Virus record (IMG/VR): IMGVR_UViG_3300020455_000016 | Coordinates: 1-58,617 of that record | From: a virus | Taxonomy: Duplodnaviria > Caudoviricetes | DNA length: 58,617 bases | Reading direction: 5' to 3' (one strand) | Part shown: piece after piece, positions 1-8,045 of the stretch | Position numbering within the stretch: the stretch's first letter is position 1 | How the letters are laid out: each line of letters opens with the position of its first letter | The notes under the pieces: model-generated | The model's database searches: none | Told to the model about the DNA's origin: nothing | The model's input: only the letters and a program-made list of their open reading frames with translations | Translations under genes and position numbers: made by a program

Positions 1-506
1 AAATACTCGTGTGATTTAGTACATCTATCCTTCACACTTTCAGGCATTGGATTAGGTTTATGCCATATAATATCTTGTCTTAAATACCATCCATCTGCCC
101 TCAATGCAAACGCTAACATCCATGGAATACCTATGAGATCTTTCTCTTTTAGTCCTTCTAATTTGTTTGCTCTTTTAGCACATTTATCAGGTAAATCTTG
201 TTTATTATTTGATACAGTTTGTTGTACTAATGCTTGTCCTTTTCCAGGACGATAGTTATAATAACTGTCACCAATATTCAACCATAATGTACCATCATCA
301 GTCAATACATTCTTAACTTGTCTGAATACTTCAACTAATTGTTGTATGTATTCTTCAGGACTTTGTTCTTGTCCTATTTGATTATCTTCTCCACCATAGT
401 CTCTTAAACCGTAATATGGTGGAGATGTGACACACATTCTTGCTGAATTGGGTAAGAAACCACACAAGGTCTCTCTACAATCACCATATAAAATTGTGTC
501 TCTCAT
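1..506 (-). CDS. DNA methyltransferase, N4-C/N6-A family (beta-class layout), runs off the window edge
   Basis: Manual translation MRDTILYGDCRETL...CVTSPPYYGLRDYG...LWLNIGDSY...GWYLRQDIIWHKPNPMPESVKDRCTKSHEY contains the SPPY catalytic motif. Not in the ORF track. Confidence 0.9.
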   Translation of the reverse strand, partial: MRDTILYGDCRETLCGFLPNSARMCVTSPPYYGLRDYGGEDNQIGQEQSPEEYIQQLVEVFRQVKNVLTDDGTLWLNIGDSYYNYRPGKGQALVQQTVSNNKQDLPDKCAKRANKLEGLKEKDLIGIPWMLAFALRADGWYLRQDIIWHKPNPMPESVKDRCTKSHEY

Positions 507-676
507 TTGATTATATCCCATATCATTCTCACTATCATCATAGGTATTATGATATAGTAAATCCACATCACCCACATACCAAATTGATTATAGGCACTAC
601 CACGTTTATAGTTACTGACTGGTGGAATATTTCTTTTCCACACATCACTTGACATATAATCTTGTTCTTTAATCAT
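503..676 (-). CDS. Small membrane protein (57 aa)
   Basis: Manual translation MIKEQDY...FGMWVMWIYYIIIPMMIVRMIWDIIK; its stop overlaps the methyltransferase start (ATGA). Confidence 0.6.
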   Translation of the reverse strand: MIKEQDYMSSDVWKRNIPPVSNYKRGSAYNQFGMWVMWIYYIIIPMMIVRMIWDIIK

Positions 677-825
677 TAGAATTGTTTAGGGTGAGTAACA
701 ACATCACCATGAATCTCTCCAATGTCATCTATATGAGCATGGTCAATCGATTCAATGTGTAAATGTTCTAATGCTTGTGCTATTCTTTCAAGACTACTTG
801 CAATTCTATGAAATTCATCACTCAT
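676..825 (-). CDS. Small His/Asp-rich hypothetical protein (49 aa)
   Basis: MSDEFHRIASSLERIAQALEHLHIESIDHAHIDDIGEIHGDVVTHPKQF; tightly packed against both neighbours. Confidence 0.65.
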   Translation of the reverse strand: MSDEFHRIASSLERIAQALEHLHIESIDHAHIDDIGEIHGDVVTHPKQF

Positions 826-1060
826 AATAATCACCTTTAGTATAACATGGTACACCTGCTGGATCTAACCATTTTGTGTACTCTAAATCCTCAATTGCAA
901 TACCAAATTGTACTTGATTATCACACAAGTACATATCTTTATAACTGTGTTTGTATTCATCAAACTTTTGAATACGACAATCAGCAGTATTATTCTCTAG
1001 TGTACCATTGGTAACAAAACGATATGGATACCGTTCATGTATAACAACTGTGTTACTCAT
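818..1060 (-). CDS. Cyanophage hypothetical protein
   Basis: 80-aa ORF with ATGA coupling to the upstream gene. Confidence 0.75.
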   Translation of the reverse strand: MSNTVVIHERYPYRFVTNGTLENNTADCRIQKFDEYKHSYKDMYLCDNQVQFGIAIEDLEYTKWLDPAGVPCYTKGDYYE

Positions 1061-1287
1061 TGTCTTGCCTCATTGTAAATATCTTCTAATTCATCCTCAC
1101 AATAGTAACCAAGTACATCTTCATTCAATTCAATTTCAGGATTTAACCACTCAAAGAATTCATCTGCAATTGCCATTGCATCATCTATTCTATCATTTCT
1201 CATTAGATACCTGAATCTACGGTGTCTGTTCTTCATAATAGTATCAAATTGTCTTGATACACTTGTTTGTTCACTAATAGCACTCAT
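1057..1287 (-). CDS. Cyanophage hypothetical protein
   Basis: 76-aa ORF with ATGA coupling on both sides. Confidence 0.75.
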   Translation of the reverse strand: MSAISEQTSVSRQFDTIMKNRHRRFRYLMRNDRIDDAMAIADEFFEWLNPEIELNEDVLGYYCEDELEDIYNEARQ

Positions 1288-1526
1288 TTGATCTTTACCT
1301 CCAATTTGTTATTTAAATGGTCGTAAGATATGAATTCATACTTATCTGGTAATGCTTTTGCTACACCTCTTGCGAAGTCATTAGCAAAATAACCATGATA
1401 TTTCCAAAACAATTGTAACTCTCTGGTAGAGATACTTTGCTTTGGTTTGACCTTTAAATTGTCATCAATTGGTTCAAGTAGTTCAAGCACATGCTCGGCA
1501 ACTACATTGTAACGTGATCTGCTCAT
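1284..1526 (-). CDS. Hypothetical protein
   Basis: 80-aa ORF, first of a translationally coupled run. Confidence 0.7.
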   Translation of the reverse strand: MSRSRYNVVAEHVLELLEPIDDNLKVKPKQSISTRELQLFWKYHGYFANDFARGVAKALPDKYEFISYDHLNNKLEVKIK

Positions 1527-1599
1527 TGTGTTTTAGTGAATGAAAATGGATTTAACACTATTTAATATGAGACTTCTATCTTACTGTGTTATTATAACA

Positions 1600-2013
1600 C
1601 TAAATGAATGATTTGTAAAGATAACCTCCAGTCCATTCAGCATATTTTAAACAATCATTTCGAGATTGTTCATCTAATAGGTTATAACGTACACCTTTTG
1701 CTGGTGACTTATAACTTGCTGGTTTGAATACATCACCAGTCTCTTTATCAACAAAAGCATGAGTAGATTGATCTCCACGAGAATCTATTTCTAGGATCTT
1801 GTGATACTTTCTACCAGTCTCAAAGATAAATGACACTTTAGTGATGCCTAACTTGAGCATCTCAAGTCTTTCTTTGGTAGATTTACTATCAGGTCTTGAT
1901 ATGAGTGTTTGCTCACTCAACCTGATAGAATGATGTATGTAATGGTCTACAAGTGCGTTACAAAGCAATGCAGTGTACTTTAACACAGTAACCTTATTGG
2001 ATAGTTCAGTCAT
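1600..2013 (-). CDS. Conserved T4-like cyanophage early protein
   Basis: Motif ETGRKYHKI...HAFVDKETGDVFKPASYKSPAKGVRYNL; MTELSN start chosen. Confidence 0.75.
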   Translation of the reverse strand: MTELSNKVTVLKYTALLCNALVDHYIHHSIRLSEQTLISRPDSKSTKERLEMLKLGITKVSFIFETGRKYHKILEIDSRGDQSTHAFVDKETGDVFKPASYKSPAKGVRYNLLDEQSRNDCLKYAEWTGGYLYKSFI

Positions 2014-2161
2014 TTTTAAACTCAACTTGCTCAACTGCTACAACTTCACGAGTCTTATCAAAATGAGCATCAGCAATTGCCACTGCTTCATCATATGATT
2101 TTGTGAACTTGCATGGTTGCGTGAAAACAATAAACATAGTAAATGAATTGTGAACTCTTAT

Positions 2162-2219
2162 AGTATAACCACAAAGAGGGGGTTATGTACTATTTGGTGG
2201 ACACTTTGATTAGTGGCAC
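2162..2219 (-). promoter_or_regulatory. Early promoter 1 (palindromic upstream element plus -10)
   Basis: + strand gtggacactttgattagtggcac at 2197-2219; -10 TATACT at 2162-2167, 29 bp away. Confidence 0.8.
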
Positions 2220-2388
2220 ACACAGACCCTCCTAGGGGTCTCTCTGTGCTATTAATAAACATCTAACTCCTGTGGGAGATATTCTTCAGCATCATACAAT
2301 AACTCATTGGATGCTGATCTAATAATTGATTCTCTGTAATTGGGATCATCAAATACATCAATTACATTTGATCCTTCATAGTCTGGGT

Positions 2389-2661
2389 TCATGTAGAATG
2401 GTGGCGGTGGTTTCCAGTTAGTAGTTCAATTTCATCAAATCTTATGTTAGGTACTACTATCCTAACTTCTCTTCTTCTCTCACTTGAGTTGGGATTGTGT
2501 ATTCTTATAGTAACACAATCATCACAACTAAATGCTATCTCTCCTATGTCATCTCTGTATTTAACCTTCAGACCTACGGGCAACGTATTGTTCGGCATTA
2601 ACTCTTTTAACTTCTGTGACGGTTGCTTCAGGGTAGAGTCTTGAGACAATGAATCTGGCAT
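2389..2661 (-). CDS. Hypothetical early protein
   Basis: 90-aa ORF; the true start may be internal (MPNNTL). Confidence 0.6.
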   Translation of the reverse strand: MPDSLSQDSTLKQPSQKLKELMPNNTLPVGLKVKYRDDIGEIAFSCDDCVTIRIHNPNSSERRREVRIVVPNIRFDEIELLTGNHRHHST

Positions 2662-2836
2662 GGTCGTCTGTATCTGCTATTATGTAGGTATCAACGGATA
2701 TATTACCATATCCTATCGGTTCCCAGTCGTAGTCTTGTAGTAATGTTACAACGAAACAATTACCTTTTTCTACATGATAATGTAGATCATGTATCATATC
2801 AGACTTAACAGTCGTAGCATTTGTTGTGCTGGTCAT
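2561..2836 (-). CDS. Hypothetical early protein
   Basis: 91-aa ORF on the coding strand of the early cluster. Confidence 0.65.
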   Translation of the reverse strand: MTSTTNATTVKSDMIHDLHYHVEKGNCFVVTLLQDYDWEPIGYGNISVDTYIIADTDDHARFIVSRLYPEATVTEVKRVNAEQYVARRSEG

Positions 2837-3007
2837 TGACTTGTTGATTTAATGATGTAATAGTTTGAAGCATCACAGTTTCTTTCTTCTTAAGTCTCTC
2901 TACTTGAAATTGTAGATCAGCAATAAGATCTTGATATTCTGTGATTAGTGCTTGTTCAGTAGAAGACATAATTGCCTACTATTTGAATGGACAAGATATA
3001 TGTATAA

Positions 3008-3202
3008 CTACATAAATTCTGCCATATAATAGTCAACTGTCACTTCTTTCTCTGCTGCGAGATCTTCAATTGCTAGTTCAAAACAATCATCAATTGATAG
3101 TTTACTCTTATCACTCTCTGATAAGTTGTCTCTGTCGATTTCTTGTGCCATGATGGAAAATAGTTTGTTGAGGTGTTCATCAGTAACATTAATCATTATC
3201 AT
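3008..3202 (-). CDS. Acidic hypothetical early protein
   Basis: Ends in EKEVTVDYYMAEFM, a motif typical of cyanophage small early ORFs. Confidence 0.7.
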   Translation of the reverse strand: MIMINVTDEHLNKLFSIMAQEIDRDNLSESDKSKLSIDDCFELAIEDLAAEKEVTVDYYMAEFM

Positions 3203-3392
3203 CCTCCTCTACATCTTCACCTATCTTAATGGTATCAAGTGAGCGTAAGGCATACATCATTTGTTTGATGTCTCTTACTCTATAACTCAATGACTCTTGA
3301 TCTTGTATTCTTGTCCTTGCGAGTTGAGATGTATCTCCTAACTCTAGGTTGATAATCTCATCAGTATAGAGATGAATCATTTCAAGTTTCAT
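3189..3392 (-). CDS. Hypothetical early protein
   Basis: 67-aa ORF with coupled overlaps. Confidence 0.65.
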   Translation of the reverse strand: MKLEMIHLYTDEIINLELGDTSQLARTRIQDQESLSYRVRDIKQMMYALRSLDTIKIGEDVEEDDND

Positions 3393-3685
3393 AGTTTACC
3401 TTTTAGATTAAGAAAGTCACCTTGACGTTTGAATCCCCACTTGTCATAGACTACGGGAAATGTCTCTGCTTTGTATCGTAACTCATAGAACTCTTCATCT
3501 GATAGTTCCCAGTCTAATATCTTACGAACATTAGATGCGTTACGACACTTGCGAGACTTGAATAGTTTCATCTTCCATTTCTCTTCAGTCTCTTGAAATG
3601 TTGGGGGAAACTCTTTATATAATGCTTGAGCATTGATACTATTGTATCGCTGATTGTCGTAGTGTTGTGAATAGAATTTGGTCAC
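3389..3685 (-). CDS. Hypothetical early protein
   Basis: 98-aa ORF with GGAGG ribosome-binding site and GTGA overlap. Confidence 0.7.
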   Translation of the reverse strand: MTKFYSQHYDNQRYNSINAQALYKEFPPTFQETEEKWKMKLFKSRKCRNASNVRKILDWELSDEEFYELRYKAETFPVVYDKWGFKRQGDFLNLKGKL

Positions 3686-3888
3686 TTGTTTGCCTCCTCC
3701 TCTTTCTTTGCATAATAATTATCAGTCACAGACTCTAATTCAGCAAAGATCATATCAATATCTTCTCTAAATTCAGGGTCGTAAGAGTAATCATCTGAAG
3801 GGTTAATGTATCCCTCCATGACATACAGTATAGTGGAGATCTGTCCACCTGTCAAGTTTAATCGGTGAGTTGTGTTTTCGTAAGTCAT
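3682..3888 (-). CDS. Hypothetical early protein
   Basis: 68-aa ORF with GAGG ribosome-binding site and ATGA overlap. Confidence 0.7.
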   Translation of the reverse strand: MTYENTTHRLNLTGGQISTILYVMEGYINPSDDYSYDPEFREDIDMIFAELESVTDNYYAKKEEEANK

Positions 3889-4178
3889 TCTTTTACCTCA
3901 AGACCTTTTGATGTGAGTAGGAAATCGTATTTGCGTGTGACTAATGCTTGAATAACATCAAGTAGTCTAGGTACTAATGTTTCGTTTGTACCTTCATCTT
4001 GATAATAATCATCCCACTCTGATACATAACCAACACAATCTTCATCATATCCACCATCAATATATGAGGGTGCATACATTAGACTGTTGTCATCATCAAA
4101 GAAGAATGTCATACCAAAGAATTCAGAATTAACTGTGACTGTTGGTTTCATTTTAATCAAATGCAAAGGTAACTTCAA
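3885..4178 (-). CDS. Acidic hypothetical early protein
   Basis: 97-aa ORF; likely start MKMKPT. Confidence 0.65.
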   Translation of the reverse strand: MKLPLHLIKMKPTVTVNSEFFGMTFFFDDDNSLMYAPSYIDGGYDEDCVGYVSEWDDYYQDEGTNETLVPRLLDVIQALVTRKYDFLLTSKGLEVKE

Positions 4179-4461
4179 AGAAATCAGTAAAATCCTGATA
4201 GTTTGTTATTTTAAGTGGACATTCATTTAACCACTCCTGAAACTCTGAATAAAGTTCTTCTTGTTCAGTTCCAGTTAAGGTAGCATCAAAATCAATCATT
4301 CAACCTCCTCAATTTCGTAAACATCATAATCATCATCATCAATAAATTGCCAGTCAATACCTGATGATCTGGAGATTGACTCTGCTTCAATCTTGTCGTA
4401 TGCTTCAATGTAAGCAACGTAGTTTGTTACTCTTGAAGCAACAATTCTGTATTCTTTTAGT

Positions 4462-4659
4462 TCAGTCATTGGCAATAGTGTCCCATACTGAAATGTACAA
4501 TCTTAACCAGTCTCTCTGGTAATCAGATAATGCTGGTTCATCATCTACAGTAGCAGTGTATAATATATCATCTGCACTTGCCAATGGTAAATCATGTAAA
4601 GTGCAGAAATCAGTTAATACTTCTGATAGTAGATCTAGTCTGTCATTAATAACGGACAT
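4462..4659 (-). CDS. Hypothetical early protein
   Basis: 65-aa ORF with a SADD...L...QRDWL..Y...WD pattern. Confidence 0.7.
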   Translation of the reverse strand: MSVINDRLDLLSEVLTDFCTLHDLPLASADDILYTATVDDEPALSDYQRDWLRLYISVWDTIAND

Positions 4660-4828
4660 TGTGTAATTTGCGGTGGAGATCGTATGTAGTATAATTTGTT
4701 ATATCTCTCTCATACTCATCCAATCTATCCCAATTCTTTGCTAGATTCTTCTGAAATGTATTCAATCGGTCATCAATGATCGCTTTGAGTACATCAAATT
4801 CATGCTGCTCTAGTGATAGTTTTCTCAT
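4646..4828 (-). CDS. Hypothetical early protein
   Basis: 60-aa ORF with GAGG ribosome-binding site and ATGA overlap. Confidence 0.65.
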   Translation of the reverse strand: MRKLSLEQHEFDVLKAIIDDRLNTFQKNLAKNWDRLDEYERDITNYTTYDLHRKLHNVRY

Positions 4829-4959
4829 ACTACTACCTCTGATTTAACATTGATCTTCTTGAAAGTCTCAATACATGTAAGTGCTTGAGCGTAAGTCCTG
4901 AATGAGATCTTTCTTGCGAATTGCTCATCTGGGAACCAATAGCGAAGTGTTGTGTTCAT
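4825..4959 (-). CDS. Small hypothetical early protein (44 aa)
   Basis: MNTTLRYWFPDEQFARKISFRTY...; the longer ORF-track start lies inside the RNA structure upstream. Confidence 0.6.
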   Translation of the reverse strand: MNTTLRYWFPDEQFARKISFRTYAQALTCIETFKKINVKSEVVV

Positions 4960-4975
4960 AATAAAGAAGAAAGAC

Positions 4976-5032
4976 CTAGGGGATGTTAGTTCTTTTATCG
5001 GTTGCGAACCGAGAGGCACATCCATCTCCTCG
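4976..5032 (-). ncRNA. Structured RNA candidate 1 (possibly abiF-motif-like)
   Basis: GGAUGU/ACAUCC closing stem, UCGGUU-CGC-AACCGA hairpin and an internal loop GCCUC / UAAAAGAACUA; begins just after early promoter 2. Confidence 0.55.
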
Positions 5033-5045
5033 TTTCCATACTGTT

Positions 5046-5103
5046 AGTATAACAGATTTGAATGGTCTGTAAACCAGTTAGGGGACAGTTTGTTTACTGT
5101 CCT
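5046..5103 (-). promoter_or_regulatory. Early promoter 2
   Basis: ggggacagtttgtttactgtcct at 5081-5103; -10 TATACT at 5046-5051, 29 bp away. Confidence 0.75.
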
Positions 5104-5279
5104 CCATTAGTGAGTGAATACCCACCATTAGTGTAAGATCCCATCACAGTGTCACCATGACGTACTTCAGCATAACCATACTCTTCAGATAGGTCAAGAC
5201 ATAAACCCCAGCAGTCATCAAGATCAACAAATGAACTGTTCTCAAATGATGCTGAAGGGCAATGAACTGAATACCTCAT
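5094..5279 (-). CDS. Hypothetical early protein
   Basis: 61-aa ORF with AGGAG ribosome-binding site, directly after promoter 3. Confidence 0.75.
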   Translation of the reverse strand: MRYSVHCPSASFENSSFVDLDDCWGLCLDLSEEYGYAEVRHGDTVMGSYTNGGYSLTNGGQ

Positions 5280-5304
5280 GGACTCCTTTGTTGTTTACTA
5301 TTCT

Positions 5305-5362
5305 ATTATAATGCGTCTAGGTCACTGTGCAACTTTCTATGTGCCACTTTGTTGACTGTCAC
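5305..5362 (-). promoter_or_regulatory. Early promoter 3
   Basis: tgtgccactttgttgactgtcac at 5340-5362; -10 TATAAT at 5305-5310, 29 bp away. Confidence 0.75.
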
Positions 5363-5545
5363 ACCCTCTGTGAGAGGATAGCACAATTTATCGTACAATT
5401 CACTGCACTTACCATATTGTTCTTCAATAATGGTCTGTTCATCCTTACCTAGTGCCATTAAAGCACTGGTAAGGATACGCAATTCATTCTCTGATAGTAC
5501 CATTGAATAATGATAACCTTTATCATCTATTAGTATATCATCCAT
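5306..5545 (-). CDS. Hypothetical early protein
   Basis: 79-aa ORF with GAGG ribosome-binding site. Confidence 0.65.
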   Translation of the reverse strand: MDDILIDDKGYHYSMVLSENELRILTSALMALGKDEQTIIEEQYGKCSELYDKLCYPLTEGVTVNKVAHRKLHSDLDAL

Positions 5546-5903
5546 ATATTACCTCACCATGTATTGCAGTTTGTACAAACCAGTCTGCCATATCAGCATC
5601 ACATACATTATTCTCTGGGTTGATTATATACTCATACACCATTGCTCTTCGATCATCAGATAGACCAACTTCATTAACAGTTTTTGCACCAGCAATCTTT
5701 ACAATTGCTCTTTCAAGACAATCTTTAGTGAAGTCAAACTCTGACTCTTCTTCAGCATCATGTATGGTAGCAACCAACTTACCATCTACTGTCTTGTAAT
5801 CTAATTCATCTGCCCAGTAGTTACAACCGTAACCTGCCATCTCTAAAATACCATCTAACTCTTCATCAGATAGTGTGTATTCAATTGTCAATGTTTGAGT
5901 CAT
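5538..5903 (-). CDS. Acidic conserved phage hypothetical protein
   Basis: GCNYWA...DADMADWFVQTAIHGEVIYG pattern seen in small phage proteins. Confidence 0.75.
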   Translation of the reverse strand: MTQTLTIEYTLSDEELDGILEMAGYGCNYWADELDYKTVDGKLVATIHDAEEESEFDFTKDCLERAIVKIAGAKTVNEVGLSDDRRAMVYEYIINPENNVCDADMADWFVQTAIHGEVIYG

Positions 5904-6091
5904 GTGTTTGCAAGGATAAGAAGTTTACCTAATAGTCTAGCATTTAATTGTGCCGTATCATCATCTATATATGTCTCACATTCATTTCTCATCAATCTAA
6001 TGAGTGTCTCCCACTCATCAGACATCAGATTTGTTGCTGGAAGTGGGAGTGCATGACCCCACGCATATTGATCGTTTTTCATTTTAACCAC
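5900..6091 (-). CDS. Hypothetical early protein
   Basis: 63-aa ORF with ATGA overlap. Confidence 0.6.
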   Translation of the reverse strand: MVKMKNDQYAWGHALPLPATNLMSDEWETLIRLMRNECETYIDDDTAQLNARLLGKLLILANT

Positions 6092-6288
6092 TTTTCATCA
6101 GTTGTTTCTAATAGTTTACCTACCTTATACTCATATCCATCACATCTTTCAACCTCTTCATAATGTTGGCAATGTTCAAAATCAGATGCAATTCTCTTTG
6201 CTTCAGTTTTATTTTCTGCACCAACTGTTACTGAATAATATACAACTTTCTTTGCTTCAAATGTGTAAGCATTTAATAGATCAGACAT
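6079..6288 (-). CDS. Hypothetical early protein
   Basis: 69-aa ORF with GGAGG ribosome-binding site. Confidence 0.65.
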   Translation of the reverse strand: MSDLLNAYTFEAKKVVYYSVTVGAENKTEAKRIASDFEHCQHYEEVERCDGYEYKVGKLLETTDEKWLK

Positions 6289-6293
6289 TAGAA

Positions 6294-6659
6294 TTAACCT
6301 CCAAATTGATTGAGTTGTTTAGGGTATTGTTGGGTTACATTATCAACTAACTCATCCCATAATTCTTCATCTTGGTTATCAATCTCATCCTTTAGTTCTT
6401 CTACTGAACCTTCATGGTAGTATGCAGATAGTTGATCTGTTGCATAAGCAACAAGAGTTTTCATATCCATACCGTCAACAACTAACTCAACATACTGTTC
6501 AATTACTTGTTCTTTAATTTCTTGTGTAATATTATCCAATGGATCATCTATCTCATCAGCAAATTTATAGTCATTAAATATGACTTGCTTTGCATCTAAT
6601 TCACTATTAGTTGCATCAGAATTAGCGTTTCTTATGAAAGACATTAAAAGTTCCTCCAT
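6294..6659 (-). CDS. Highly acidic hypothetical early protein
   Basis: 121-aa D/E-rich helical ORF. Confidence 0.7.
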   Translation of the reverse strand: MEELLMSFIRNANSDATNSELDAKQVIFNDYKFADEIDDPLDNITQEIKEQVIEQYVELVVDGMDMKTLVAYATDQLSAYYHEGSVEELKDEIDNQDEELWDELVDNVTQQYPKQLNQFGG

Positions 6660-7102
6660 ATATGTACACCATGATTAAATTCTATCTCTTCAAAATCATA
6701 TCCTAGTCCACTATCCCATGTTCTTTGATAATCTATACAAACCCATGATGGAATATCATCTCCACTGGAGTCTAGGTATTCTTGTACAAACTCTTCCACA
6801 CCTTCATAGTATCCATAATATGCTTCAGCACAATTCTCTACATTCTCTACATAATTATTCTCACACCATAAATCTACTGCCTCTTGTTCAGTTCCTTCAG
6901 TAGTATAGATGTCATCAATTGCTTGCCAATAGTCCTCAATATATTCTACTTTATGCTCACCATATTTGTCGATAAAGTCAAGTGCTTTATCCCAATCGAA
7001 GTCATTAATAAGACTATCTTCAATTATTTCTTCTATATGCTCAACCGTTGCAGGTTTTAAAGATTCTTTTGTCACTGGGTGTACGGGTGTCGAAGTGGTC
7101 AT
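6644..7102 (-). CDS. ardA: ArdA-like antirestriction (DNA-mimic) protein
   Basis: C-terminus EAYYGYYEGVEEFVQEYL...IPSWVCIDYQRTW...DFEE...VHIWRN matches the ArdA pattern (Y.G.Y....DF..E....IP....YIDYE......D.......FR); very acidic. Confidence 0.7.
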   Translation of the reverse strand: MTTSTPVHPVTKESLKPATVEHIEEIIEDSLINDFDWDKALDFIDKYGEHKVEYIEDYWQAIDDIYTTEGTEQEAVDLWCENNYVENVENCAEAYYGYYEGVEEFVQEYLDSSGDDIPSWVCIDYQRTWDSGLGYDFEEIEFNHGVHIWRNF

Positions 7103-7134
7103 AATAAAGAAAAATCAGTGGGTTAAAAGTAAAG

Positions 7135-7216
7135 TAGTGGGCATGGTCAAGAGGTGCTTCACCCTATCCTAACCAGTCGTGCCAGTATAATTAAAGGTAC
7201 TAACTCATGCCCACTA
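7135..7216 (-). ncRNA. Structured RNA candidate 2
   Basis: Perfect 11-bp arms TAGTGGGCATG / CATGCCCACTA enclosing 60 nt with an internal GGUG-AAG-CACC hairpin; intergenic. Confidence 0.5.
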
Positions 7217-7367
7217 TGTTATGTAAACTAACCTACTCTCTGGACTAACACCTCTAGCACTGCTAGAATGTCATTTCCAGTCTCACAATCAGCAAAAGTC
7301 TCAAGTAGAGTTGCATAATTTGTTTCAACAGTCATTTTAAAAAAGTAGGTAAATGGTTTACAGTGTG

Positions 7368-7465
7368 TTAAGAGACTAGGGTAAGTAAATTACTCTGACA
7401 TCATGTGACTACTTCTCACCAAAAATGGAATTGTTAGTCTAGTCAGAAACCTAGTGATCCCTCAA
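7368..7465 (-). ncRNA. Structured RNA candidate 3
   Basis: Nested stems UUGAGGGA/UCUCUUAA, ACUAGG/CCUAGU, UCUGAC/GUCAGA and GACUA/UAGUC; starts right after early promoter 4. Confidence 0.5.
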
Positions 7466-7473
7466 CAATATGT

Positions 7474-7530
7474 ACTATACATCAGATTGAGTATAGTGGG
7501 GAGATTAGTGGACACTTTGTGAAGTGGCAT
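7474..7530 (-). promoter_or_regulatory. Early promoter 4
   Basis: gtggacactttgtgaagtggcat at 7508-7530; -10 TATAGT at 7474-7479, 28 bp away. Confidence 0.75.
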
Positions 7531-7756
7531 ACTCTAACCTCTGTGTCATGTGCAGATCATTTAAGGTGGCAATACAATTGTTTACCACTCTACGGATGAC
7601 CTGACGAGTCGGTGTACTCGCAAACTGTTCAGTGTATGGAGCGTACTCCTCAATGATACGGTTGACGCAAATTGATACATCACTTGTGCCTATCTCATCC
7701 TCATAACCATTGGTGAACATATAGTCCACATTGTCCTGAATGATTTCAAAAAGCAT
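7505..7756 (-). CDS. Hypothetical early protein
   Basis: 83-aa ORF with GAGG ribosome-binding site, directly after promoter 5. Confidence 0.75.
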   Translation of the reverse strand: MLFEIIQDNVDYMFTNGYEDEIGTSDVSICVNRIIEEYAPYTEQFASTPTRQVIRRVVNNCIATLNDLHMTQRLEYATSQSVH

Positions 7757-7783
7757 GGATGCCTCGATTTGTTTGACTCTTTA

Positions 7784-7840
7784 ATAATAGCAAAAAATCC
7801 CCACTGTGGGGGATTTGGTGGACAGTTTGTGAACTGTCAC
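7784..7840 (-). promoter_or_regulatory. Early promoter 5, overlapping a rho-independent terminator
   Basis: gtggacagtttgtgaactgtcac at 7818-7840; -10 TATTAT at 7784-7789; hairpin aatcccc...ggggatt plus U-tract at 7792-7816. Confidence 0.75.
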
Positions 7841-7842
7841 AT

Positions 7843-8022
7843 CTAGTTGAACAATGGACGCATGTAATCCTTGAACTCTTCACACATTGCTCTTGCTAGG
7901 ATTTCTAACTGCTTTGGATCAGAATTGTTACCGTCAGCAACCAATTCATCATAGCAAGCACTGGTAATACCAGCGTCAGTGATGTCATAGTCATGGAGTT
8001 GAACGTGATTGAAAAATGACAT
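7843..8022 (-). CDS. Hypothetical early protein (59 aa)
   Basis: Manual translation MSFFNHVQLHDYDITDAGITSACYDELVADG...DYMRPLFN. Confidence 0.65.
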   Translation of the reverse strand: MSFFNHVQLHDYDITDAGITSACYDELVADGNNSDPKQLEILARAMCEEFKDYMRPLFN

Positions 8023-8045
8023 AGATGCCTATTATAGGGTGAATT

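Noticed and set aside
4646-4828. LSLEQ motif suggesting NblA
   Set aside because: Similarity stops after five residues and the NblA helix pattern does not continue.
7135-7250. CTAAC / GTTAG words suggesting integron attC sites
   Set aside because: The words are in direct rather than inverted orientation, and no integrase is present.
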